From contig NW_026889750.1 of assembly GCF_033153115.1 (NCBI RefSeq), forward strand, positions 33,604,001 through 33,668,000: a DNA stretch of 64,000 nt, written 5' to 3'. Shown here piece by piece: positions 25,801 through 37,877 of the stretch. The first letter of the stretch is position 1. Each line of letters opens with the position of its first letter. Under the pieces are notes generated by a model. It was not told the DNA's origin and made no database searches. It saw only the letters and a list, made by a program, of their open reading frames with translations. The DNA is from Saccostrea echinata. Lineage: Eukaryota. The position numbers and the translations under genes were made by a program.

Positions 25801-26384
25801 AACTGGTTAGATCCAGTCTAGCTGTACCGAAGTTTTTCAAAGAAATGTCAAAGGTCAACTGTTATATCAATGTAACATTGATAATACAATATTATATGTT
25901 GTACGTATTTTCTCATAATTTATATGAATAATTTATACAGATATGAATAATTTATACAGATGCAATAAAATATCTTTGTTTGTTTACACGGGTTAATCAT
26001 GCATTTCTGCAATTTTAATGACAAGCAAAGCGTTTTATTGTTTAATTAAAGCACAATGGCGGATCCAGAGTGGTTACAATTTAAGAATTTAAAAAAATAA
26101 CGCACAAGCAAAAAAATTCATTAAATTAATAATTAACCTAGCTATTTTCATGCCATTAAACATAAGTTTTGGAAATTATTGGACATCTTAAAAAGGTAGG
26201 GTATTCATCAGTGATCATCATTAACTCTATATTGATTCAACACATTCATAGTTGTCAACAAAAAGTGGGGGGGGGGGGGGGCATCCGTTTATGAAGACTA
26301 AAAATACGTATACCTACCTTTTGATATAAAACCCCGACCCAAAGCCTGGGCCATTCGCCCAGCCCCAATAAATCCAACCGACAT
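19853..26384 (-). CDS. PYCR1: Pyrroline-5-carboxylate reductase (PYCR1/2-like), 6 coding exons, 296 aa
   Basis: Exons 26318-26384, 22987-23051, 22321-22500, 20475-20687, 20211-20303, 19853-20125. All introns are GT-AG, phases are consistent, total 891 nt. N-terminus [15 protein letters not shown] (Rossmann GxGxxA); family motifs [44 protein letters not shown] and [16 protein letters not shown]. Confidence 0.96.
20761..21785 (+). mobile_element. HINE-like element in PYCR intron 3 with a dimeric (~286-bp higher-order) array
   Basis: Starts aactagatatc. Alternating A/B ~143-bp units (caaggtcactgcaca..agatatgctccggacaa) across ~21140-21715. (gacg)n and 3' hairpin agggcgcccgcagagcgaggccct. Confidence 0.75.
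22149..22275. repeat. Palindromic MITE-like element (Crypton-like appearance) in PYCR intron 3
   Basis: atttattgactgggttcgagggc ... ccctcgaacccagtcaataaat inverted arms. Confidence 0.55.
23177..23367. mobile_element. MITE in PYCR intron 1
   Basis: TIRs cacaggctttaagatcactttaatccgac / gtcggattaaagcgatctcaaggcccgtg. A partial second copy lies at ~24066-24153. Confidence 0.55.
23685..24067. mobile_element. Kolobok-like non-autonomous element, related to the 30805-31329 copy
   Basis: ttaa|ggaccctctatac ... gtatagagggctct. Internal ttcaaagacaatgaa..gaacagaaatcactgttgttt is shared with ~30940-30985. Confidence 0.55.
24558..24850 (+). mobile_element. tRNA-derived SINE, full length, in PYCR intron 1
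   Basis: A box tggcgcagtgg, B box ggttcgaatcc, conserved body, (caat)n tail. Probable TSD tcataatcta at 24545-24554 and 24849-24858. Confidence 0.9.
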
Positions 26385-28165
26385 TTTAGTTAGTTTGTAA
26401 TTTCATTCCCTTTATACACTGGACATTCAGCCAAGCCATGCAGACTCTTTTGAGGTATGTTAACAACTGAACAGCTGAGAGGCACGTGTTAGCATAAAAA
26501 TCAATACATTATCACGCAGACCATGAATGAACGCGTTGCTTCACTATAGTAACCGATGGTCGCAGAAACTTTCCCATGTTGCGTGCGCAAACACTAAATA
26601 TATTTTTACAGTGCGGGGAAAATTACGCTTTTGCGTACTTATAGATTCAATCTAATTAAAATCCGACTTCTTAGATCCGCGTCGTGTCATCTCTGCGTAA
26701 AGGAACTTTTTACGCAGAGTTTACATGCAAGTTTTTTTTTAAATTTAATTTTTCCAAATGACACTGTTCTTCATAATGACTCGATTCAGTAAGGTTTATC
26801 TACGACATAAATACAATAGGCATATGAGACATGGAAATTTAGCCGGTACATGTGGTAAACTTTATTAAGAAACAAGTGCCTGTGTAATTATTGTCTGGTC
26901 ATTAAAGTAATTATTTACATAATTAAAACATATAGAATGTTCAGTCCGTAAGCTATATAGGAGATTTAAAACAAAAAGCACACAAACAAAAACTTATCTA
27001 TGAAATTGATCTGGTTCAGGCACATTTAGCATCGTTTTTGAAAAGGGGGTGGCAGGAGGGAAAATAATTGACGAAAATAAATAAACATGAAAAATCTAAT
27101 TACAAAGGGATTGGACGCAGGTTCTAAAAAATTATTACACCCTCTCCCTACATGTAAATTACAAAGATTAAATTAGGTCACAGATAAATATGTACATTCA
27201 AAATATTCAATATTTGTGAAATTTACAAATCAATGCATTTTAAAGAATCATAGATATAATTTTGTATAATATACATGTATATATAAATAAATATATTTAT
27301 ATTAATACTAATACTAACATGTGAATCTGCCAGAATGTTAAATAAAAGTTTGAACAATAGAGAAAAGACGTTCATTCTCCACAGCACTCAATGAATCTAT
27401 ATCCCATAACAAAACATTTGTATCTAAAATGTGAATTTTATCAAATAATAAAAATTTATGAAGAAATTCTATTCTGGCTTCTTTATACTTTGGACATATA
27501 AAAAAAATGACTCACGTATCTTCGTTTTTGCCCATGAGCATAAAGGACTTGAGATTAAATTATGTCTGCAATAATAATAATAATAATTTTAAAAATGGGG
27601 GAAATTGTACTAACTTGAAATTTTATTTCATGGTGAAGTGTGGTTGGGGGAGGGGGCACCAAAAATTACAAGAAAAAAATGAATACCTCAAGATGAGAAA
27701 TTATGAAAATTAGGGGAGGAGGGCAACCAACCTTTCAATTAACATTTTCATTCTAAATTGATAGAAAAAGTTTATGTTTGGAAAAAAGTGGGACACCCCC
27801 CCCCCCTCCCGGATACTACATGTGCTTCTGATCATATGCACTCCCTAGCTTATGCACTCCCCAGCTTAGCTGTTAAAAAATATATATCTACTATGCTATA
27901 AACATTATTGTATAGTAGATATATTTTTACCAGTTAAGTTGGAGAGCGCCTGTGCTCCAAATCATTGAATTCTATCTATAACAAGTTATTAATAGTCGAA
28001 TAGAAAATGTATGCCAAAACTTTATCTACAATTAACTCTTTTAACTTATAATTATACCCTCCTAGTGGAAAATAATGTATTATTTAATAATTTATCACGT
28101 AAAATTAAAAAAAAATATCCTTGTTCATGTGTTTATTTGTGCCAATACAAGCATGTACAATCAAG

Positions 28166-30178
28166 TTAGATGTCAATGCACTTGCAGACGTTGTCAAAGC
28201 AGTGCCAGGAAGCGTTCTGATCAGCACAGGCCGGAAGTCCATAGCAGTCCCGAAGTCCACGACAACCTGTAGACAACATAAGCAGAAAAATTGAGTACGT
28301 AATCAGATATATCCCACACAAAATGGTAGCTTTTTAATGAAACCTATTGAATGAGACAGCTTCAAAGCGTTCAAGAATATTTATTTGTATACCACACCAT
28401 ACCCTACCATTCATTTTTGCATTATTTTTTTAATCTATTTAACAGGAAGGTTCAGTTATTTTTTGCTCTTTTAGAGAAACAAAGCTTTAAATAGAGGTCC
28501 CATATCAAGCTAAAAATTTCTTTACAGCGTTGAAGCTATTGTTCTTAAATTCCCAATAACAGCAAACGTTATACTATATTCGAAAGTATAAATTTTGAAT
28601 AAAAGAGACCCGGGGTTTTAAAAAAAAATGTGAATACATGGACAAGCTTGTTGTTTAGTTTCCCTTGATTTTGGAGAAACTTTGATTTTAAAACAAATCC
28701 GCTCTTTTGGCGAACTTTTCCTCTTTAAAGGGACATATATGGTCCTTTATTTTAAGCCCTCTGAATAAAATAAAGAATGGTTGAAGAGAAAGCCCTCTCC
28801 TTGAGAAAATGACCCAATAGTAAAACGGAAGAGTTGAAAATATGTTAACAAATAGAGACAATAAAGACGAACGAAAAACAGATTTAATTTTTTATTAAAT
28901 CAAAGAAAGTATAAAAAGAATTTTACCATAAGGGAGGAGTCATCTTTTGGGGTATTTTCGGAAACATATTTTGGACTTTGGAACTGAATGTAGATCGTTT
29001 TAAAGTATCTAGAGCTGCGAGTATGACTAACTATCTCAAAGATATAAATCTAAGCGCTAAAGTAATCAGATCACAGAAACTCGCGGTCATTGTACTTTGG
29101 ACCCATAAAAATGGTGCACAAATTTTAGATGACATACGTCTCTCCGTTAGGCACGTGCATATTCCCTGTGTACAGCCGATGAAGGATCCGGATGCGCATG
29201 TCTCCAGAGTACAATCGTCTGCCCCTTGACATCTCTCGCCAGATATAAATGCTAAAAAGGGAGAAATATTTCTTGAAATGTTTGCACAATTTTATTGGAC
29301 AGGAAAAATTAACTTACTTCTTTATATTTTGACAAGACAAGCTAAGAAGAACGTTCATAGCTAGATCACATGTATTGTCAAAGTTTCAAACGCACACAAC
29401 GACTAAGCTATTCCCCCCTCCCCCCGTACCATTCCACAAAAAAACTGTTAACACCAATGAATATTAGAGCCTGTAAAACAGACGAGATGATGTAACCCCC
29501 CCCCCCCCACCCACCCACCCACACACACAGACACACCATCACGGCTGCTTATCTCAATTTGGATTCCTTTTTATTAATTTAAAATTTTAATTTTTTATAC
29601 ATTTTTCTGTCAAAATTTCTTAATAAAATTAAAAATTTACACAGGTGATTCGATTTTCCATTATATATAACATTGTTGCATAAAGTTGGTTTTCTAGTTA
29701 ATATGACGGGTAGAGAAAAATCCAGCACCATCGCTCAGTAAAATATTTATACTTAAGTCATACCTTAGGTTCATCGTCACTCTCTTCACTCATTTCATTT
29801 TTCTTTTCTTTTATTAAAAATGTATTTTCCCAAAAGAAATATAAATTAATGACTGAAATGCAAAGAATTTCGGCAAAAATTATACAAATATCCTCTTCAG
29901 GACACAAATTTTCAATGGAATAAAAATTATTAATCCCATAGCGAGTTATCTCTCTTATCAGATGGTGAATGAGCCTTAAGATATTTTAACTCTTCTTGTA
30001 AAAGAGACCTTAGAAATTAAACGCCATGGCAATTTTACAAAGCTTTTGATTATAAATTTGTCCAAATAATCCAAATGCCGTATTGTTCATAAACATGCGC
30101 ATTGCCTGATATTATGGATAATATATACGCAATACCTGCGAGAAGACCAAAAACTGTGATGGAAACTAGAACCTTCAT
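28166..30178 (-). CDS. Secreted 12-Cys serine protease inhibitor, cvSI-2-like (MEROPS I84 family), 3 exons, 85 aa
   Basis: Exons 30136-30178, 29138-29251, 28166-28266 (both introns phase 1, GT-AG). Product: MKVLVSITVFGLLAAFISGERCQGADDCTLETCASGSFIGCTQGICTCLTERRCRGLRDCYGLPACADQNASWHCFDNVCKCIDI. Signal peptide plus two 6-Cys modules; the ExC..DC, GxCTC and WHCxDxxCxC patterns match oyster cvSI-2 as I recall it. The ORF track does not recover the spliced gene. Confidence 0.88.
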
Positions 30179-30690
30179 GGTGTCCTGATGGTGGGTTTGG
30201 AGATATGATGTCGGACTTAGTCGTGAGTAGTTACTTATAGGGATTAGCGCGAGGAGAGATGTGACGAAATCAGAAAGCAAGGGATCAAACGTGTTCTGTT
30301 GGCACTGTACATAAAAAGTTGTCCATAATCATCATGGACGGATTATGACGTAATCATATCATGATAAAATAAAATAAAGGAATTAAACATGCAAGGAAAC
30401 AGCATTTGAGACATTATGGGACATTATGAGCTTCCATGCATGATATTTATAAAAAAAAAATTAAATGATCGTGTTTTAAAAGCCATAAAATAGAAGTAGT
30501 GATGTATAATGCATAAGTTGTGTAAAGTTATAAAGACAATCAATGCTTCCTAAAATAGTTTCACCGAAAGTCAACCTGTAACCTTGAAACCAAACTGCAT
30601 TGTTAGCTGTGAAAAATAATAAAATGCAAGTCTTAAACTTAAGTCTGTGAATTCACTGCGGGACGTGGAGACTGGTCCTTCGGATGAGAC

Positions 30691-31753
30691 CCTCTTCGCT
30701 ATCCAAGAGTTTCTGATCCGCTACTCTTCTCATAATCCCTTAATTGGCCTACGGTGCTGTCAAAAGTTTGGATTTTTTCCTGAGTTGCGATTGGAGTTGA
30801 TTAAGGAAGCTCTAAACACTAATTAAAAATGCTTTTTGGACTTTGAGAAAAATATATCATATAAAGGTGCACATATTCAGTGTATCTAGTTCATTTACAA
30901 CACTGGGTACCTGCCCTATTTCTGCAGAAAAAAACTTCAAAGACAATGAACTATCTGTGAACAGAAATCACTGTTGTTTACTTGCATCGGGAAAATTAAT
31001 TTGGAAAAAATGTATTCAATTACTTAATCTTGGTCTAACATAACATTAAGAATACTTTAATTCATAACAAATTGTGACATTAACTGTAGATTCCCATTTA
31101 TTCTATTTTTCTTCTAAGGGCAGATCATTATCATGTTGTAAATTTTGAATTTACTTGGGGGGGGGGGAGGGGGGGTAAATGCAAAATTTACAACATGATA
31201 ACTAGTTATCATGTTGTAAATTTTGCATTTACCTCACCCTAGTAAATTCAAAATTTACAACATATCACTCTAACTCAATAAAACTACCCTACAAATAGTA
31301 CTCTTTAGTGTGCAGTGTATAGAGCTTCCTTAATATAATAGTTCGACCAATCAGCAATTGTTTCTTGTAAATGACGTTATATACGTTCGGGATATATTTT
31401 GACTCTTGAAAAACACAAGTAAACAAATGTAAGATAACATGTCATTCTATAAATAGTTATAGTGTCATCCAATCTTAAGTTGATGTCCAAATAAAGTGAC
31501 CCGGAATCTTTATTACAGATGTAGATTTGCATCCTAAATAACAAGTAAACATCGCTAGATCCTCTTGTTAATTATTCTCTAAAATCTTTTTATGTTTGTA
31601 TTGGAACTTTTTATATCTGTCAATGACGCAATCTGTGCGTATGTGGTAAGATTCGAGATCACGTGACGTAAACATTCCCGTCTTTTGACAGCACCATGGA
31701 CCAAGGCTTTGTTAGGAGAGTAGCGGATCAGAAACCCTTGGCTAGTGAAGATG
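30691..31753. mobile_element. Non-autonomous TIR DNA transposon (c(a/c)tcttcgcta..), ~8-bp TSD, hAT/P-like
   Basis: ~75-bp imperfect TIRs (cctcttcgctatccaagagtttctgatccgctactct / agagtagcggatcagaaacccttggctagtgaagatg); TSD (g/c)atgagac with one mismatch. Confidence 0.75.
30805..31329. mobile_element. Kolobok-like non-autonomous element with TTAA TSD
   Basis: ttaa|ggaagctctaaacact ... agtgtatagagcttcc|ttaa (TTAA at 30801-30804 and 31330-31333; purine-purine termini). Confidence 0.8.
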
Positions 31754-32839
31754 CATGAGACCGTATAAACCGAGGTCCCGTTCCGCAGTAGGTGTACTGA
31801 GTGCCGAGTAAGGTCAAAATTTGCAGCCCTCCACAGGCATGTGGTAGAGTCTCCATAACGAGTGAAAAATTCTCGAGAGGGACGTTAAACAGCAAACAAA
31901 CAAACAAACACCATTGCAACTTTGGCACAGGATTGATTTTCATACTGTCATTGATTGTAGATGGTCAGTTGATTAAATAGTGATTTATGGACATTATCTA
32001 TAAAAGAGATTGCCGGGTTTTATTTTGAAGATATAAAGGGACACCATAAAGGAACTAAGTTGCGCTGTCTCTTGGTGTGCTTATTGGGTATTCCTTCTAT
32101 GGACCTTTCAATGTATGAATTGACTGTGATCTACGCCAGGATATAGCGGACACTTAGCCGAGCACAAATAATGGGCAAAAATAAAAATTCTCTCCAGAGT
32201 TGGTCATCCGTATTAAAATTATAATACATTTTTATGTATGTAAGCCTTGCCTGTGTTATTTCTCGATATTTAGGACAAACATTGGAAAGTGAAAAGTCTG
32301 GTACACATAATTCTGTATTCACTAACTTTACAAGATATAAACAACTCTGATTGTATGTTCTTTGAAATGTGAACAAAATGATTTTGAATGCTACTGACAT
32401 ATAAGAGACTGAAAAATTGTAGTTCTTCCATACCTATTCTGAGTAAATTACATTAACAAAATTCTTTGCATTATATATACTCACCATGTGTACCTTTTTA
32501 AAAAACAAGGATAAAGTTATGTTTCGTTAGATAATACGATTAAACGAAATTGAAAAGAAATAAAGAAATTAACAGTGCATGTTTATTTTGCCTTCCAATG
32601 CATATGCAATACATGTAAATACTCAATTCAAACACACTGGACTTAGCCCGTTTTGTTACCGAAAGTCATGATTTCCGTTCCAAAACGGGCTTTGTCCAAA
32701 AATAAGAAGCGTATAATCGAATGATTTCGTGCGCGAGTTCTTTTACCTGATAACCTTCACATCCCTCTCTCACCTGAGTGTATGGAATCTTCCATAAAAA
32801 TATGCCTAAAATAGAGTAATAATTTACCTCGCCATAATA

Positions 32840-35035
32840 ATGAACCGAGTGAAATGTCTTTTATTGTTTTCTCTTATTCTTAATGTGGTTGGACTAATAT
32901 TTTTTGTGATTGGATTTTCTACGCATTTTTGGTTGGAATCGGACAAAAACTACCGAACTTCCTCGGGATTTGAAAGCGTAGGTATTAATTTCTGTGTGGG
33001 TCAAAAATGTCTGCCTCAGGTGTACAACTGTTACTGTGTTATTAGATTTGACTGAATCATGGAATAAGCTTGTTGTCGTTATAAGTCTTTTAAAACGTTA
33101 ACCATTTTTTGATATATTTTATTTCGAAAGAAATACCAGTAAAATAGAACATGAAATGCATCTCTGTTTTTGGGGAGGAGTTATTATTTTTTATGACAGT
33201 TGTAAATTTCAAATGACATAAACATGGAATATTCACCAGTTATCACAGGTGATTGGTACGTGACCCTCCAGGGCTTTCATGAATCAAGTTTATTTTTCCT
33301 CGTCATTTAAGTATTCTCAGTCGGAAAAACATTTGTATTTATTATACACATAGATCATATGGTAATAATAGTATATTAACGTACGCTTTTTATGTAAAAT
33401 GATATAGAGAAAACCTCCTCCTCTAAGATGGGTTGTAATTCCTGAAAAATCATTTACCAAGCATTGCAGCACTTCAAAGGGTGATAATACCGACAAAACC
33501 GTAATGTGAAAATAAAATCTCATGATAAAGCTTGTTGAAATATTATGACATCGCTAATTCTCATTTGCCTAGAGTAACATAGTTTTTCTTACTTTTATAG
33601 CTGGGCTTATGGGAAGCTTGCTTCAAAGATTTTTCTCATAAGACAAGTTATAACGGGAAGCTCTATAATGGTTGCTGGTGGATGTTCTCATACGAGTATG
33701 AACCAATCAGAGAGTGGCTGAATCCACGTAAGTATCGAGGAGTATAGACCAGAAAGTGATTGAATCCAAGTCATGCATAGTATGGCTGAATCCACGTAAG
33801 TATTGAGAAATGAGTACATGTCACTCAGAGAATTACTGAATCCACGGAAGTACAGATGAGTCCCACCGTATTATGCGTATGAAGGAATTAGAGAGTGACT
33901 GAATCCACGTAAGTATAGAGAGACTGACCGTATTATGAGTTTGAGCCATTCAAAAAGTGACTGGATCCACATAAGTATAGAAGAGCCCGACCATCAGAGA
34001 ATGATTGAATCCATTTAAGTATAGAGCAGTAAAGAAAGTATTTAGTCCGAAATAGCAGGGACCTATATACTAACGTTAGTATATAAGTCCCTGGAATTGG
34101 AAATAGGTAGCAGGTTGTGGCAGTTTGTGTTTAGATAATTATAAAAGACTTGTCATTATTCATTTTCTCTATATAAAAGGATCACATCTAAACTAAGGTA
34201 TAATTTATGGACTTCAAACTTTAAAAGCATATCCTTTAATATGATTACATGAAACATATTTTCAGCACCAAATTATAGTTTATTGCCAAGAGATCACGTG
34301 CACATTGTACATATTTTAAAGACAGTCCGATGGTGAAAGAAAAAATGGCTTAATCAGTTTATATTAATATGTATTTCACATATAAATGCCCTTCTTGTTT
34401 ACTGTCAGTTACAACATGCAATATTTAGAAGTTAATTTTTTTTTTTAATTTTACGAACCCTTTTGAATGATCCTGGGTTTTTGTCGTTTTAGCGTGGTTG
34501 GTTGCTATCCAGGTCTTGATGACGATTTCCCTCCTCCTTCAGTTAGTGGGAGGGATCATGGGCGTGCTGGTGTTCCTAGGGGTGTGTCCCGGAGCTGCCA
34601 GTTTCCTCGCACTCTTATCCATAGCCATCATGATCCTTGTTTCGGGTACTTATCTATAAATTTTAGCTTATAATTTATCATTAGATTGCCAAAATATCGA
34701 TTTCGTTATTTCCTGCCTTGGAAATGTACTTGTGGTATGTTAAATAAAGATAATTCTAATATTCCAATTATTTTACAGGTGTAATTTCAGCAGTTTGTTT
34801 AATCTTGTTTGGTGTCAAGTCCGACCAACCGGAATTGGAAGCAAAATGGATATATTATCCAGAAAAGAACTTTTTATCATGGTCATTCGCCATGGTAGCG
34901 GTTTCTGGATTTCTGTCCTTGTTTGGTTCCATGTGTGGCTTTGTTGCCGCCATGACAGCGAGACTAGAGGATAAATATGGCGAACGCCCATCATATGACG
35001 GACACATGCTTCGGTCGCAACCAACTGTTTACTGA
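32840..35035 (+). CDS. Claudin-like tetraspan protein A (PMP22/claudin superfamily, Kune/Sinuous-like), 4 exons, 224 aa
   Basis: Exons 32840-32977, 33601-33727, 34493-34645, 34779-35035 (675 nt). TM1 is followed by the claudin signature W..(LGLWEACF)..GCWW, then PPWLVAIQ into TM2, TM3, and LSWSF into TM4; C-terminus RSQPTVY. Confidence 0.9.
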
Positions 35036-36434
35036 ATCCACAAAAATAGCACCTCCATATAAGTGATGGATAAATAATCTTTTATACATTATACATGTGT
35101 ATATTTTTTTTCAGTTAATGATGTTAAAAGTTTTATTCGTTTTTTATATTGTTGATTTTTTTTTTATTTTATCCTTACGTAAAGGACAAACATTTATTTC
35201 GATGCTGATGCCGTTTTATAATGATATTTACTATAAACAGCGAGAACAACGAGTGAATGTCAGATCACATTTTAATTTTCTTAAATTTAAGCTCCTTTAA
35301 CGACTTTACTTTTAAAAAATTGAAAAAAAAACAATGTATGTCAATAACAAAGTTTCTTTCTTTAAAATATGTCAACACAATGAGTCTACACGTGTAGACT
35401 ATAAAACATAGAGGATTTTATGACTGTTATTGTCCTTTTTGCCAGGTACACGGACCACGTAATTTCAAACATCTCATAACATCATGTACATGTAGTTTCA
35501 TAGCAAAATATGCATAATTTACATCCTTTACCATATTGCCATTGTCACATCTTTATTGGAGTTTTGTATCATCGTTCAATGAATGATGTTTTATTTTTAA
35601 TAAAATATAATACAAAAATATATTTATTCTTTTGGGGTTTTTTTTACTTACGTTCTCAGCTATTCAGCTGCCCTGTGTCTTTCTTACACAATGCTAGATT
35701 ACGATTGACTACAAGTATGGAGGAAACCAAAACCTAAAGAAGCTAGGATATTTCAATGAATACAGATAAAAAATTTCTCCGAGCTTTCAAGTGTATTATA
35801 AGTACTAAATCTTATGACTTTTCGATTGTGTAGGTAAATTGAACAGGCTGTTACCCTTTCAATACTTCCATGTTATCTTGTGGTCGTCTTGGAAACATTG
35901 ATGGCTGGGAGAGTGTCTCATGTCTCCTCTTATGTTGCTTCTCAATGTTCAGGAGATATTCCTAGAGTATACATCGCAATATCAAAATCTTATAACGTTA
36001 AATAAATGCATAAAGTTCTCAAGGGAAATTGGATTAAATTGTTATTTTTAGTTCAAGATTAGAATATTCGGCACAAGTGACATTTTTACTGGAACACCTT
36101 TATGAAAACAGACCTAGCTTGCACTGATGGTCCTTGATTTTCTAGATATATTTTATAAACAAGTAGAAATTACATGTATTTTTTCAAAAATTTCAAAATA
36201 TTGCTTTTACTAAAAAAAAAAAGAAAGAAAGAAAATAAAAAGCCGACAAGTACAGGTATTTAAACCTTTTCTAGTAAATAACCAACTCCATTGACTTCTA
36301 ATTATATATAATAAACCGTCCGACGTACGACTGATTGTGCAACTATTCTTTCATTTTAACATCCCTTGCTGAGGTGAAAATGGACTCGGCCTACCTGTAT
36401 TTACATCCCGTTTGACTTGTCTAATAATAGCGTC

Positions 36435-37877
36435 ATGGCTAATAAGGCCAGTAAGCTTGTTTTGATTTCTCTCTTGGTATGTTCTGTTGGCATCGTCTTC
36501 TTTCTTCTGAGTTTTGGGACTGGGAATTGGCTGGAAGGTGGTAATCAAGGTTTCCTCAGCATGGGATTGTGGGAAGCCTGCTTCAAGAACTGGCGTTACT
36601 ACAAAGACCCTACGCAAAACCAGTACGACGGTTGCAGATGGATGCTGTCATCTGATTTTGATGATATCAGGGAGTGGATTTGGCCGAGTAAGTATATGGA
36701 AACATCGTAATGCCAGCAACAACTTAATCGTTTGATATGCAACGTACATTGTAGTGTCCTGTTCTATAGTTTATAAACAATTGCTGGAGGTCATGGCTGA
36801 ACATAGATTTAGGGAGTAGTTATTAAATTTATCAATTATAGTTATCTACAGTTATCATCACATCTACATTTACGTACAGAATATAACACTTTGTTGGGAA
36901 TTATGTAATTATTATAGCTAAAAATACATGTATTTGGAATGTGGAAGTAAAAATATAAATGTCACATTCTCTCCCACAACTCTCTCTCTCCTCGCAACGT
37001 CAGGGGGTCCTGAGTCAACGCATTGCAGCTGGACCCCTGACAAAGTTCATTCCAAATTTTACGGGCTGACTGAAGTGACGTCTTTCGGGACAATTGCAAA
37101 TCTTGATTGTTTTTCTTATCTCTCAACCAATCACACTGATAACCAACTTATAACACGTGCATTTGAGGTGATTCCTTTCTGTTTAACCTTTCCCTCTACT
37201 TATGAAAACTTCAATTTGATTGGTGCTTCTCAATGAGAGAAGCAAGCCCGAAAAAAACGAATGATCTTTGTCAGGGATCCTACGTCAACTTGTTGACTAA
37301 GGACCCCTGACCTTGTGTCTCTCTTCCTTCTTCTACAAGTTATATTATAGTAGTCTTACTATGATTGCAATAATACAAGTGATATAATTTCCTTTCACTT
37401 TATAGCATGGTTGCGGGGAGTACAAGGCATCATGTGTGTCTCCCTGATTCTAGAGATTTCTGCAGTTATTGTCTACGTCGTCGTTATGTTTCACATGTTA
37501 CGACAGAAGTACTTTTTCATCATTCTTTTGGGCACCGCAGTGGCAAACATCATCTCAGGTACGCATAGCCAACAGAATACGCTTTCGAGTCCATCTTTCC
37601 AATTAAATTCTTTAAATATTACAGTTTGTCTAATGCTACTAGCATTGTCTTTTCAGCGTTTTTCTGTTTCGTGAGCATGATCGTCTTTCACATCAAGGCC
37701 CTTAATGATCTCAGGTGGATTGAGAATAACGAAAAACATAACCAAGGCTGGTCCTTCTACATCCTCATACCAGCCATGTTTTGTTTCGTCATTTCCGGTT
37801 TGACAACTTTCATGTCCGCCTGGCGTTTCCGAAGAGATGCAAATGATCGGCCAGTGGCAATTCCGTACCGGTCTTGA
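36435..37877 (+). CDS. Claudin-like tetraspan protein B, 3 exons, 208 aa
   Basis: Exons 36435-36687, 37406-37558, 37657-37877 (627 nt). Motifs NWLE..MGLWEACF..YDGCRW..WPTWLRGVQ and QGWSFY; four hydrophobic segments. Confidence 0.9.
36995..37315. mobile_element. MITE in claudin B intron 1
   Basis: TIRs caacgtcagggggtcctgagtcaac / gttgactaaggacccctgaccttg with subterminal repeats of the same motif. No clean TSD. Confidence 0.6.

Larger units (their letters stand above)
30650..31910 (+). mobile_element. 5'-truncated SINE split by a nested DNA transposon
   Basis: SINE sequence ...ggtccttcggatgagac ends at 30690 and resumes as catgagaccgtataaaccgagg at 31754, ending in (caaa)n at ~31910. Confidence 0.75.

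Noticed and set aside
28927-28983. 57-bp AG..GT-bounded candidate extra exon in the I84 gene
   Set aside because: In the required phase it contains an in-frame TGA; direct exon 2 to exon 3 splicing gives the expected 12-Cys protein.
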